This document shows, one piece after another, positions 1-45,199 of a DNA stretch of 64,000 nucleotides; the stretch's first letter is position 1; each line of letters begins with the position of its first letter. The translations under genes and the position numbers were made by a program. The notes beneath the pieces were generated by a model, which worked only from the letters and a program-made list of their open reading frames with translations, had not been told where the DNA came from and did no database searches. The stretch lies in the NCBI RefSeq assembly GCF_009914755.1, contig NC_060932.1; one strand, written 5' to 3'. This DNA comes from the human T2T-CHM13v2.0 reference genome, Homo sapiens.

Positions 1-1287
<1,287 letters not shown>

Positions 1288-1914
1288 ATCTTTAGCATTT
1301 TTAATACTACTATCCTTCTAAAATTTTCTAGTGAATGCTGATTTTTAGAATTTGCTTTAGCAGGCAATCAGGCTATTTAGGTTCAGACCACAGTTATTAG
1401 CCAAAAGCCTGAGAAGCAATCAGACCACAGTTCTGTCTTGTCCTCTATGGACAGTAATTTACAGTGAGTTCAGCTTTCAAAGCTTTTTCTATGCTATTTG
1501 GGTCATGGACCAGGCAGACCCAAATAGCATAGAAGCACTCAAGGTTTAGTCTGAGATTTGAGCAGTCATTTATGTCATAGTTCTCTTCTTGAAATATAGA
1601 CTACTCTTCTTTGAGTCTGTTCTGTTTACACACAATTTAGAATAAAGCCCAAAACTTATATTAGGTCATAGTAGAATTAGGGGATGCCATTTTTTAGTGC
1701 TCTCCTGTTTTTTTATTTCTCCCACATGCTTGAATGCCCTGGGGCCCTTTTTCCAGTTTCTTTGTTCAGAAAGATGTGATAATTCAGAGCTTTAGCCTTC
1801 TGCACTGATGTGCGATCATGCACAACCAGAGTCAGCTTTAGAGTAAAGTGTTGATATAAGACAGAGGGAAATACTGGGCATTCTTCCCACATTCTTCAGA
1901 CATTTGTCCTAGTT

Positions 1915-1976
1915 CCTTCTCCTAGTCCCTCTGACCAAGAGTCCTTCTCCTAGTCCCTCTGACCAAGAGTCCTTCT
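1915..1976. repeat. 28-bp tandem duplication
   Basis: CCTTCTCCTAGTCCCTCTGACCAAGAGT x2 plus a partial third unit. Confidence 0.9.
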
Positions 1977-2553
1977 TTCGGGGCCTTAGGTACCTGTGCC
2001 ACCACCTGTGTGGCAGAGCAATGCCACAGCTATGGACTGGCTTCACAGTGGAGCCAGGAGAGAAAGGAGATGAAAAAGAAAAATAGAGATCTCCTCCCAT
2101 ATCTAATATGCAAGAATAACTTTTTCCAGTCATTTGGCTAGAAAGAAGACCTTTTTACTCAGTACCTATTGCACTCTTCTAGGATTTAGACCAGTTTGAG
2201 GTCATAATCAGGAAAGAAGGGAGAAAAAAAATTTGCAAACCTCAACCTCCTATGTGTTACTATTCAAATTTTGACTTTAATCCTTAAATCCACCTGATAT
2301 TGTTTACTTTAAGATTTACCAGTAGTTTACCTTTGTATTTTGTCCAGAGAATCTAATTGTGATCAATGGGAAAATAGACTATAGTCAGTTAACTCCATCT
2401 TTGCTGCAACATGCAAATATTAAATAAAAAATAAATGAAAAGCAAAAAGCAAAGAATTGCCAGTGTAGTGTTCTATCTGTGGAAGCCATCTTTTAAAAAG
2501 TCATATGAACTGTTCTATTTTAGAATAGTATCTTACAAAGATCTGTACAGAAG

Positions 2554-13236
<10,683 letters not shown>

Positions 13237-13378
13237 TAGGATACATTTAGTGAGATGACTGGATAAACGGAATCAAGAAAAAGCTTTGTCAAAAACTTAT
13301 GCTTCTTAAAAACTTAATCCTGGGACAGAATCATCTAAAACGTTGTTCCATGTCTTCACTTTGACTCACCCATAAAAA

Positions 13379-13426
13379 CTTCAAGTACAAAGAATGAAAA
13401 ATCTTCAAGTACAAAGAATGAAAAAT
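13379..13426. repeat. 24-bp tandem duplication in the IDO1 promoter (VNTR)
   Basis: CTTCAAGTACAAAGAATGAAAAAT x2, perfect. Each unit carries a TCF/LEF-like ACAAAG. Confidence 0.9.
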
Positions 13427-13601
13427 AACCACATATTTTCTAATGCTCAATATTTTATTTGTAGTGTTGTTTTCTATATAGATATGATAGGTCTTCATGA
13501 TTTTTTGTTTGTTTTCCTTGAACTGATTCCCAAAGTATTAGCCTCATGAATCATGTAGTCATAAGAAACACAGTCATTGTATTCTCTTTGCTGTATAATT
13601 T

Positions 13602-13650
13602 TGGTTTCAGTTTTCCTTACATTTCCTATTCAAGGAACATTTTCCTGTAA
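13602..13650 (+). promoter_or_regulatory. IDO1 distal interferon-response module (ISRE plus GAS)
   Basis: ISRE-like TGGTTTCAGTTTTCC (13602-13616), GAS TTCAAGGAA (13629-13637) and TTCCTGTAA (13642-13650), about 1.1 kb upstream of the ATG. Agrees with the known IFN-gamma-responsive IDO1 promoter. Confidence 0.85.
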
Positions 13651-14616
13651 AATGACAGGTTGAAGAAAACAGCCATAATTTAGTAGAGAATAGCGCGAGA
13701 GCTATTCTAGACTGTAACGAAAGCCATATGCTATCACAATTTAATTTATTTCAAGTACTAATAAGCTGATGACAAAACAGCGATGTCTTTTAGTTTACTC
13801 ACACGAACTATTTCTCTTTTCTCCTTTTGATCATCTAGAGGAACGGGCAACTTGGTTTCTTCTTTAGCTTCCTTGTTCTCATTAAGATTGAACAATGCCT
13901 CTAAAGTGAACCACAGACTTGCATGCAAGCTGAAAACCTTTACCAAATGCAGTCTTAATTTGTACTTTGAGAAAAACATTTTCAAGGTATTTTATCCTTT
14001 TCTCCAACTTTTGACATATTACAAAGTACCCAAATATGCCAGACTGTTGCCTCATCAGCCCCCCGCAGTCAGGTACAGTTAGATGCAAGGCAATCTTCCT
14101 AAAAGTTACTTATTAGAGATGTGAGAAGGGCAAATGCTATCATTGGAAAAACTGACAAAAGTCCCAATAGGAAAAATAAGGAAGTGGAGAGTTACTATGT
14201 TTCTAATTTTTCATGTGCTTCTATTTTTTTCCTACTTCAGAGCCATTGACTAATAGTTGAGTATAACACAGGTTGTGTTTCCGGGCTGCTGAAACATGAC
14301 ACTAATATTTTCAAAGAACTGTGGAAGCCTAAAAGGAAGCCAATGAGAAATAACTAAATGAGAGTTTAGGACTGCAGCCTTCATTTTCATTCAAAGATTT
14401 AAAAGTTTCCATAAAGTAAAATGTTCTTCTCCGGCCACCTGTTTTCATAGTTCTGTGTTTTCCTTCAGGCCTTTCTGGCTTCCTATATGGCAGTAAGAAA
14501 ATGATGTGCTTAATGATTACAAATTTCATATGGAATACGAACTTTCAGTTTGTACATATGATGCACAGAGATGCTTTTGTGGTTTTATTGGTTTTCATAT
14601 TACAAACAAAGAAACT

Positions 14617-14706
14617 AGAAAATGAAACCATTCCAAAAGTGGAAGTAATTTCTCACTGCCCCTGTGATAAACTGTGGTCACTGGCTGTGGCAGCAACTAT
14701 TATAAG
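14617..14706 (+). promoter_or_regulatory. IDO1 proximal promoter (ISRE and TATA-like box)
   Basis: AGAAAATGAAACCA at 14617-14630 (IRF/ISRE); TATTATAA at 14698-14705, about 60 nt before the ATG. Confidence 0.8.
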
Positions 14707-14733
14707 ATGCTCTGAAAACTCTTCAGACACTGA

Positions 14734-29019
<14,286 letters not shown>

Positions 29020-29238
29020 TGTAACCCAACAAGAGCACATTTTATCATAGCAGAGACATCTGTATGCATTCCTGTCATTACCCATTGTAACAGAGCCACA
29101 AACTAATACTATGCAATGTTTTACCAATAATGCAATACAAAAGACCTCAAAATACCTGTGCATTTCTTGTAGGAAAACAACAAAAGGTAATTATGTGTAA
29201 TTATACTAGAAGTTTTGTAATCTGTATCTTATCATTGG

Positions 29239-29263
29239 AATAAAATGACATTCAATAAATAAA
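29239..29263 (+). terminator. IDO1 polyadenylation signals (AATAAA cluster)
   Basis: AATAAA at 29239, 29254 and 29258, about 220-240 nt after the stop codon. Confidence 0.8.
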
Positions 29264-29272
29264 AATGCATAA

Positions 29273-29583
<311 letters not shown>

Positions 29584-29841
29584 AGATATATTCTGTCATA
29601 ATAAATAAAAATGCATAAGATATAATAAATGTTGCTTCATTTATAACCATAATAAAATATTTATTTAGATGAGACCTACTATAAACTGCTTTCAGCAGGG
29701 CTAATAGACTCCTATACTTTCCCTATGTTAATGTGAGACTTTTTCATAATTACCTGTCAACTTGTCTATATTCTTATTACATGATAAGCTTCTTGATGCC
29801 AGGGACACTCTGTATTGTTTACCAGATTTATACATCCCAGC

Positions 29842-33800
<3,959 letters not shown>

Positions 33801-36033
33801 GAATGAAAGAAAGAAATTCATAGTGGTGTATTTCTTCACATGGTTGTTTTCCATAAGTAAGGATAATTTAGCTTAAAATATGTATCGTTTTCATATCAAG
33901 GCTCAAAAAAGTATTCTTTAGCTCTTGCCTCATATAATTCAGTTTTGCATATTAAATGTTGAAGTTATTTATGTATCATTTAATCCTATTTTTTCACTCT
34001 ACTATATTAAATATAATCTCACAAGGAAATAAGATATATTTTTCTCGGTTCACGCCACTCTGAACTTCTCATGCCCTTTAAACAAGAGCTAGTGCAGTCA
34101 TGCAGTTGTAATGGTTGGAAATTAAAGTTTGCTCATTTCCACATAATTGTTTTATGTCAATAAACAATAAACAATTGAAAAGTTAGAAGTTCACACAAGC
34201 CAAAAATTTTTCATATAAACATACACTTAATGGTTTATAAGATTCTTGCCAAATATGAGACAAAATGGCCCACACAGGCAGAAATTCCATCTCTAGATCC
34301 TCTGGGAAACAGCAAACTTATATTTAGAACTCACACCATCAATTACTGCTCCTAATGGTCTTTATATAAGTCATTTAATCTTCAAAGCAATTCTATATAT
34401 TATTACTCTCCTCATTTTACAGATGCAGAGGCCAAGAAATTTGTTCAAGAATATAGCAAGGAAGAGACAATGCTAGGGTATAAATTTGCATAGTCAGGCT
34501 CTAAAGATGAGCTCTTAATTACTATAATATATAGGAGGCAACGTATCCAGCTTCTGTGGGAATACCTCTAGAGAAGGGGATGTCAATAACACATATACAG
34601 CTCAACTCCCTTTTGCACAGACACTCACTCTTTCAGTTGCTTGACATTTAAATATCAATAAAAATGTTTTAACTTTCTCTAATCTCAATTAGCATACAGA
34701 GACAAGACATCATATTGTGTTTCTTTGGGGGTGATTACCTCTGTAATCGTTAGACTAACAAGAAAATTGTGTGTGATAGAGGCACAAAATAGAAAATGAT
34801 TCTTTCTGTTTGAAAAGTTGAGGAATGTTTTTTACAGGAGGTAAGTTTGATACTTAACTTTAAAGTTGAATTGATTGGTGTACCTTCATTGAAAATTTTC
34901 TCCTGAATGTCCAGCATTAAATAAATAAGCAAACATATAAGTTGCTTGTTGACCTAGCCTCATATATAATGCAAGAAGTAAACATAAACATATAAATGTT
35001 GTAAATGAGCATCAGAATCATCTAATATATAGAATCTTCTGGGAGAGCTACTTTTTAAAACTATAAATTAATGATGATAGCTAATAATTACTTAATTCTT
35101 TCATATGCCTCTTACTGTCCAAAAAGTGTCATATACATTAATCACTTGATCAAAACAATGAATCTAGAGACAGGTACTATTACTAGTACTTCTTTTTCCT
35201 ATATGGGAATTGATACCCAATATAGTTCAGTAGTTTTCAAGAGCCACACAGCTATGACAAAGTAAAAGATTGAACCCAGGCAATCTGACTGCAGAATACT
35301 TCAAACCGCTACACAATACAATCTCCTCTCTTGGAAAATGTTCTTTTACAAGGGAACTAGGTTCCTTTTGAACTTTGCTATCACAGTATTGGATAATTGA
35401 CTGCGCAAGTCTCTCCTCAAATTCCCAACTCATGCATGACTTTTTATTAAGTTGTAGCAATAAAAGAGCAGTGGAGGTGGGGTGGAAGAAGACTCATTTT
35501 TGTCTTCATTACTGCTATGTGGAGCAAGGGCCCAAGCTTTTAAAAACAAGAGCTCAGAGACATGGCCCTGGCCTTGGAAGATGCCCTAGAGACGCTGAGG
35601 TGGTTGTACTTTTGCCATAGGAGTGGCAGCCAGAGAACTGAGCCCAATGAATGCAAAGGCTGGTGCCTGGAAATATTGTGACTTTGCCACAGAAAGAAGA
35701 TGGAGAATTTTAAAGTTGGAAATCTGCCTGGTAAGGGATCATTTGCTGGTGTCTGCAAAGTTGAGTCCATACACACTGGTTTGGAAATTTCAGTCCAGAT
35801 GATAGTTAAGAAAGCAGTAAGAATACAGAGAGTCCACAATGAGATGAAAATGCACTGCCAGTTGAAACATCCTCCTACACTGGAGCTTTATAAATATTTT
35901 AAAGACAAGGATTGGATTAGATTTGACATTAGAAATGTACCATAATACAGAAGGCAATGGACACCTAAAGAACAGAATGAAAACCTTCTTAGGAAATGAA
36001 GCTTGACACTTCACCCACCAGGCCACCACAAGA

Positions 36034-36055
36034 ATGTTGCATTTTCATTATTATG
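36034..36055 (+). CDS. IDO2: IDO2 exon 1, coding portion (MLHFHYY-, long isoform)
   Basis: ATG TTG CAT TTT CAT TAT TAT G|GTAAGT splices in frame to 49985, giving MLHFHYYDTSNKIMEPHRP, which I recall as the N-terminus of the long human IDO2 isoform. Confidence 0.85.
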
Positions 36056-36173
36056 GTAAGTACACTGGTAACTTCTTTTCTAACCTCGTATGCATAATGT
36101 AAACATCAAGACTGACAATTTGGGGCTAGCAACTCAATTGGAAAATCACTGTTCTCTATTGTAAAATTCCTAA

Positions 36174-36587
<414 letters not shown>

Positions 36588-37216
36588 TGAGGACACATTT
36601 GACAATGGCACAGTCAAGAACACTACATAAAGTAGTATTGGCAGATTATGAAATAGCAATTGTTTTGGAAGACGGCAAAACCTGAAGTATTTTCAGACAT
36701 GTACATTATGAAGTATTATACCTTCTTTAACTATGTGCAAGTTAAAATCAGTCATAACTGAAAATCAAAAGGGCAATAATGAACATACTTCATCCAGAAG
36801 AGGTATCCACAAAACTTCTGAAAGAGGTCTTAGTATATCCAGGGATGGAGATATTATTACAATGTATTATCCAAATGATGGAAGTTTTCTCTTGCTGATA
36901 GAATGCATCCACCTACTAACATCAGTAAGTACAGGTTTAACAATTTACCAGAAATGTACTGGAGGAAATATGAATATGCTTCCAGATTTATTCTACCTAA
37001 AGGATCTGGCTCTATTTTACAAGGTCATCTATTTTACAAGGTACTGTAGATGCATTTTGATGAAAAAAATTACCCTGCTATTGATTTTGAGGTCTGGTAT
37101 TATGATAGAGCAAAAACTATCCAAAAGAGATTTAATTCAAGTCATTGCAAAATCTTGGAAAATGTGTGAGAAATCTTACACATGGAAAGGAGGAAGTAAA
37201 GATGGTAGCTTAAACA

Positions 37217-37583
37217 TGTGTTCCACTGTGAACAATTCTCTGCAAACCCACCCCCAAAAGTCAAGGAGGCTGACAGGCTGAAGAAAGAGGCTGTCAAATC
37301 TAGTTTCTCAGAAAAAGAAAAATTAATAGGGACTTAAGAACAGAAGCCATATATCTGCCCTGAGATGAGCTGGTGGATCCTCACACTGTTACCCCCAGAC
37401 CCAGGGCTTATATACCACAGGGAAAGACAATTGCAGTAATTTGCTTAACGGCAGGATTTACGGCAAGTACATGCTCTTAAGAGTAGATTAAGTAGTAACC
37501 TTAGAGGCATTCCTAGAACTGGAGTTAATCAGAAGTCAACACAGTGGATTAGCATCCAAGATGGAGTTGCTTTAGCCTCCACA
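37217..37583 (-). mobile_element. Solo LTR (LTR47-like, tentative) inserted in the PLK4 retrocopy
   Basis: Minus strand starts TGTGGAGGCTAAAGCAACTCCATCTTGGATG. PLK4 homology stops (..GSL) and resumes (KEKMKI..) at its edges. Confidence 0.7.
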
Positions 37584-39299
37584 AAGAGAAAATGAAGATA
37601 AATTTGGTCCATGCTAATTAGGGGGTGTTCCATTTGTTTGAAACTGAAATCTATAATTTCCAAAGAAGAAAATAAACGTGGAAGTCGTCCTTCCTTTTTG
37701 GTATGCATAGACAATCTGGCAGTGTTAGGCCCCTAAGGCCTTATCACCTCCTCCTTCTGTGGGTCAAACTTTACAGTGAGAGGAAAGACATCTTTTAAAA
37801 GAAGAATAATCATGACTAGTTTAATCATGACTAGTTCATCTTCCCTGCAATAGATACCCATATTTAACATACCTATTGTACAAAGAATATGATTGCACAG
37901 CTACAACTTTGGGACAAACTCCTTTTCTGCCGCTTTCAATGATCGTCTTCCAAAATCAGAACAGCTTTTGAATTTTATTTTGTGAAAAATGTCGTTTGAG
38001 TGACACAGTAAACTCTGTGGAGCTCTGTGGATACAGTTGAATGATGGCTCCCAGTTTATCATGCAGGTGGGATTATATTCCAACAGTTATGTTTCACAGA
38101 AAGGCAAAATAACCAGGTACGGAAAAAATGAAAAATTTGCAGCTTACATCAAACAGAAATTGCAGTGTCTTTCATCTCTTTAAAGTTTTCTAATCAAAAT
38201 TCTAGTTTTCATCAATTAAAACTTTATTTAGGTAGATACATTTAATAAGTAACTTTTTGTTGGCTTAAAGGGAATGAACTTTATGTAATGTAACTGTCTA
38301 TTTCAGGAAGCTTTTCTATGAGAATTTAAAACTACACCAAAATATCTTCTTTTTTTTTTTTTTGAGACAAGGTGTCACATTGTCTCTCAGGCTGGAGTGC
38401 AGTGGTGTGATCCTAGCTCACTGTAGCCTTGAATTCCTGGGCTCAACTGATCCTGCTACCTCAACCCCCCACGTAGCTAGGACTACAGGCCTGCACCACC
38501 ACATCTGGCTAATTTTTTATATTTTTGTAGAGAAATGGTCTGGCTACGTTGCCCAGGCTGGTCCCAAACTCCTGGCCTCAGGTGATCCTCCTGCGTCAAC
38601 CTCCCAAAGTGTTGGGATTACAGGTGTGAGCAAACCTGCCATCTCAAAACATGTGTATTTTAATGAGACAACAAAGATCAAGGGAACTTTAGTCCTTACA
38701 ATGTAATGATCAAAAAAGTGAAATAGATAATCAACATAACATTGCTTGTAGACCATGCAAACAAACTTATTGCATTTGTATATTTGTAATGAACTGTTTT
38801 ATAATAACAAAATGTAAAATGTGTATTTTATTTGTCCTTTTATTGTTTTCCTACTTCTTAGACATGTTAAGAACTATGGAAAAAGATATGGGAGTTTGTG
38901 AAAATTTAAATAATTCATATTTATATTACAAGAAACAGATATTAGAATATGTTTGTTTTATATTTCTTTTGTAGCAGAATTTTCTAGCCAGGCATTGTGG
39001 CTTACACCTGTAATTCCAGCACTTTGGGAGGCTGAGGTGGGACAATCACTTAAGCCCAAGAGTTTGAAATCAGTGAGGGCAACATAGTGAGACTCTATCT
39101 CTACAAAAAATTCTCTATCTATATCTATATCTATATAAAGGAATTTTGTGAGGAAAACTATATATTTTGTATATAAATGAATTTTATCAGGAAATATATC
39201 TGTAAATGAATTTTATAAAATATAGCATCACTTTATCCTTGATTTATTTCATTTAATAATTATTTTAAAGTAATATACTAATAAACTCATTTTAAAAAC

Positions 39300-39800
39300 T
39301 GCTATGACCATAAAACTATTAGAGATAACATAAGAGAAAATCTAGGTGACCTTGGGTTTGGAGATAACTTTTTATATATAACACCAAAGGCGCAATCAAT
39401 GAAAAAAATGACAAGCTCTATATCACATATCAATATTAAAATGTGATCTGTGAAAGGCATCGTCAAGAGAACAAAAAGACAAGCCACAGACTGGGAGAAA
39501 ATATTTGCAAAAGACATATGTGATAAAAGACAATTATCAAAATATACAAATAATTCTTAAAACTCAAAAATAAGAAAATGAACAACTCAGTTAAATAATG
39601 GGCAAAAGATCTCAACAGAAACCCCATCAAAGAAGAAACACAGTGGCAAGCATATGAAAATATGATCTACATCATATGCCATTAGGAAATTGCAAATTAA
39701 AACAATGAGATACCACTACATTTTTACATTGGTGAAAATTCCAAGTACTGACAGCACTCTCAGTGCTGGTGAGGATATGGTGCAGTAGAAATCCACACTC
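39300..39800 (+). mobile_element. Old LINE-1 ORF2 3' fragment
   Basis: gacaagccacagactgggagaaaatatttgca..aaatgggcaaaagatct-like text..aaacaatgagataccac. Confidence 0.8.
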
Positions 39801-39864
39801 ATGCCGGGCACAGTGGCTCATGCCTGTAATCCCAGCACTTTGGGAGGCTGAGGCGGGTGGATCA

Positions 39865-40497
<633 letters not shown>

Positions 40498-41410
40498 TCA
40501 TGGAAAATGTCACGAAAATAAAAGAGTTAAAAAAAAAAAAAAAGTAGGCTGCAATGCCAGATGCCTGAAAAGTTAATCAACGAAAGGACTTAAATGTCCC
40601 CATTGAATTTAGGAACAAAGAAGTAATTAATGAACTGGGCAAAAACACTCAATGTACCAGCGTTATCGATTTAGAAACTGAAACTAAGTATATCTGATGT
40701 TGCTTTTAGGAAACAAGTAAATGAGGTCCTAAAAAGTTAAACTGTGACCATATTTTCTTTCCTTTTTCTAATTTCTCCTTGGCCCATTTCCAAAAAGCCC
40801 TAATACCCCGACTGATAGAAATGGATACCTTGCTGTGCACTGGTACTACTGTGATTCATGGAAAGCTGATCATGCAACCCAAGACGCCAAAATTCCCAGC
40901 CTTACTGTTACGAAAGAAAGTTTCTAAGCACAATTGTCTCTAGCCAACTTCCTCTTAGTAAGAAAGAGGCCAGGCAGGGCTTCATGCAGGGTACAGCCCT
41001 GAGTTTCTTACTGCGTGGTAAGTTTCTGGGGCTGGGAGTAAAGCAGCGTGACCGAAAGCAGTACAAAGTTCTACCGGACACGCAGATCCCGGTCCTACAA
41101 ATATGAGGTCCATAATGAGACTGAGATATCATTCATCCAACAAATATTTATTGAATACCAAACATTGGGCTTACGGCTAAAGGAAAATACAAAGTTGTGT
41201 TGGATATGGGTTCTGTTTTCAAGGAGCTTATAATCTAATAGGAAAGATGAGGTTACTACATTAGTAGCAATCAGACCAGATAGAACTGGAAGTGTGATGT
41301 AAATGAGGTACAGATTGATTGTAGAATTTTGCAGAAAGAAAACAATTCTGAAGAAATGTTCATGGAAGTATTAGCAGCTGAGATGTATCTTAAAAGATAA
41401 GTGGGGTTCC

Positions 41411-41903
<493 letters not shown>

Positions 41904-43132
41904 TTAGCTTGGTGTGGTGGCAGGTGCCCGTAATCCCAGCTACTCAGGAGGCTGAGGCAGGAGAAATGCTTGAACCTGGAAGGCAGAGGCTACAGTGAGC
42001 CGAGATCATGCCACTGCACTTCAGCCTGGGTGACAAAGCAAGACTCCATCTCAAAAAAAAAAAAAAAAAAAGCCTCCTGAGTAACTGGGACTACAGGCAT
42101 GCGACAATACTCCCGGCTCTCTTTTTAAAAATGAGAAGTAGAAGTAGTGGTGACTGTCAAGAAAGTATTTTGGAAAAATACTATGAATAACCAGACCAAA
42201 GAAACCAAATACCAGTTGTTTCAGGAGCAGTAAATCATTTTTGAGGGCTTGAGCAAAGGTCTTGCTAGGAAGGTGCTTAGGGGTCAGATTTTGGACATAA
42301 TGCCAGGCCAAGAAAATTTGCACTTTATTTCATTAACAATGAGGAGCTCTTGAAAGTTTTATTGGCAGGACCTAAGATAGTTACAGACCCACAAGTAACA
42401 TGGGTCTAGACCTTGGGAACAAGAAAAGTCAAGATCGAGTATGCAGACTTGGGAACCGAGTATAACTAATGGTTAAGATTAAATAAAAATACATAAGAAC
42501 ACTGAGATAGAGAAATGGCTCATTAATGCTGCAAATGTCTGCATGTTTAGGGATGAAATAGAAAAAGAAGTCAGAAAAATACAGTTCAAACAATAGGAAA
42601 GAAAACCAGAAATGCATGATTCTAAGAAATGAATGGGTGGACATGGTGGCTCACATCTGTAATCCCAGCACTTTGGGAGGCCGAGGCAGAAGGATAGCTA
42701 CAGCCCAGGAGTTCAAGACCACCCAGAGCAACACAGCAAAACCCCATCTCTACAAAAAACAAAAATAAAAATTAGCCAAGCATGGTGGTACACACCTGTA
42801 GTCCCAGCTACTCACTCAACAGGCTGAGGCAGAAGGATCACTTGAGCCCAGGAGGTGAAGGATACAGTAAGCTATGATTGCACCATTGCACTCCAGCCTG
42901 GCTGAGAGAATGAGAGCTTGTTTCCAAAAATAAAAAATAAGAAAGGATTTTTAGAATGAGAGGAAAACAACATGAAACATGAGAAAAATAACATTCCCTG
43001 TTATATGGTAGGTGCTTCGCTTATAGTTTCTCATTAATTCATCATGTAATGTCTCTGGGATAAACATTATGGATTTCCTGCAGAAACAGAAGCTCAGAAT
43101 TTTATGCCAGGTGTTGAAAGGCCATGTAGCTA

Positions 43133-43489
<357 letters not shown>

Positions 43490-45199
43490 TCAGTAAGAAA
43501 GTCCCAGACTAAGAGGCATCAAATCAGGATTCTACTCCAACTCTGATGCCAGCTTCCAGGAATACACTTGATAAGTTGTTTCATTCCCATAAATCTTGGG
43601 TGATTCGTGTTTAATGAGAGCATTGAACTGAATCATTTATTCTATGACTCAGTTCTAATATTTCACAATTCTATGGTTGTATAATATTACAGGAAATTCT
43701 TGAGAAGGTGCAGAGGGAATGGATGAAAAAAACCACATGACTAACATAAAAAATAATGGGGCCATCTTTTCATTTGAGATTGAAGGAAAGAACGAGAGGA
43801 CAATTAAACATGCAGAGTCTGAGAACTTGCATTTAGGAGGCATAAGATGCTGAACTGCAAAATTGGTTAGATATTGGGCTGAAGAGAATTGAGAATTTTT
43901 TAATAATAAAAACTCTTGGCAGGGCGCAGTGGCTCACGCCTGTAATCCCAGCAGTTTGGGAGGCTGAGGTGGGTGGATCACTTGAGGTCAGGAGTTTGAG
44001 ACCAGCGTGACTAACGTGGGGAAACCCCGTCTTTAAGAAAAATGCAAAAAATATTAGCTGGGTGTGGTGGTACAAGCCTGTAATCCCAGCTACTTGAGAG
44101 GCTTAGGCAGGAGGATCACGTGAGCCCAGGAGGTGGAGGTTGCAGTAAGCCGAGATTGTGCCACTGTACTCCAGTCTGGATGACAGAGGGACACTATCTC
44201 AAAAAACAAACAAACACTCTTAAGAAATTAGGTGTAGAAAGAATGTTCCTCAATACCATAAAGGCCATATGTAAGAAACCTATAGCTGGCCGGGCGCGGT
44301 GGCTCAAGCCTGTAATCCCAGCACTCTAGGAGGCCGAGGCGGGCAGATCGCGAGGTCAGGAGATCGAGACCATCCTGGCTAACACAGTGAAACCCCGTCT
44401 CTACTAAAAATACAAAAAATTAGCCGGGCGAGGTGGCTGGTGCCTGTAGTCCCAGCTACTCGGGAGGCTGAGGCAGGAGAATGGAGTGAACCCCGGGGGG
44501 CGGAGCCTGCAGTGAGCTGAGATCGCGCCACTGCACTCCAGCCTGGGCGACAGCGAGACTCCATCTCAAAAAAAAAAAAAAAAAAAAAAGGAAACCTATA
44601 GCTAACATCATACTGAATGGTGAACAGTTGAATGATTTCGTCTAAGAACTGGAACAAGACAAGCACGCCAACTCTCACCACTCTTACTCAACATAGTACT
44701 TTAAGTCCTAGCCAGAGCAATCAAACAGGGGAAGTGGATAATTGAGAATGGCTCGAGAGGTGCTGTGGCTCAGTCCTGTTGTCCTGGCACAGAAGGAGCT
44801 GAGGCCAGGCGTTCAAGAATGGCTCCTAGATGTCTCATAAGGAACCATAAATCAAACAACTTTCAAAACTGAAACCTGCGTGAGAACGGTTGCATTAGTT
44901 AATCTGGGAGCTTCCTGCTTTTTTTTAGCTTTCATATTTATCTTAGAGAAAGGGAGGAAGGAGAGATGTGTATGGATACATAAGCATTCAAATACATTTG
45001 TGTATAATCTTATGACCAGAATTCAGGTCCAATGAACAAAAAGGTAGGGTCTTCGGAATTTCCCCAGTGAGATCTATGACCTGAATATTATTACGCAAGG
45101 ATCCACACTAAATACTGGGATTACAGGCGTGAACCACTACACCCAGCCCAGGACTTTCCTGCTGTTAACTCAGGACTACCACAATGTGAGTCTCTGTTC

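Noticed and set aside
35700-35945. 81-aa kinase-like ORF as a functional kinase
   Set aside because: N-lobe only, catalytic Lys position altered (ISVQM versus VAIKM), frameshifted before the catalytic loop.
36733-37281. 182-aa ORF as a novel gene
   Set aside because: Drifts in and out of the PLK4 polo-box frame and ends inside an LTR; pseudogene residue.
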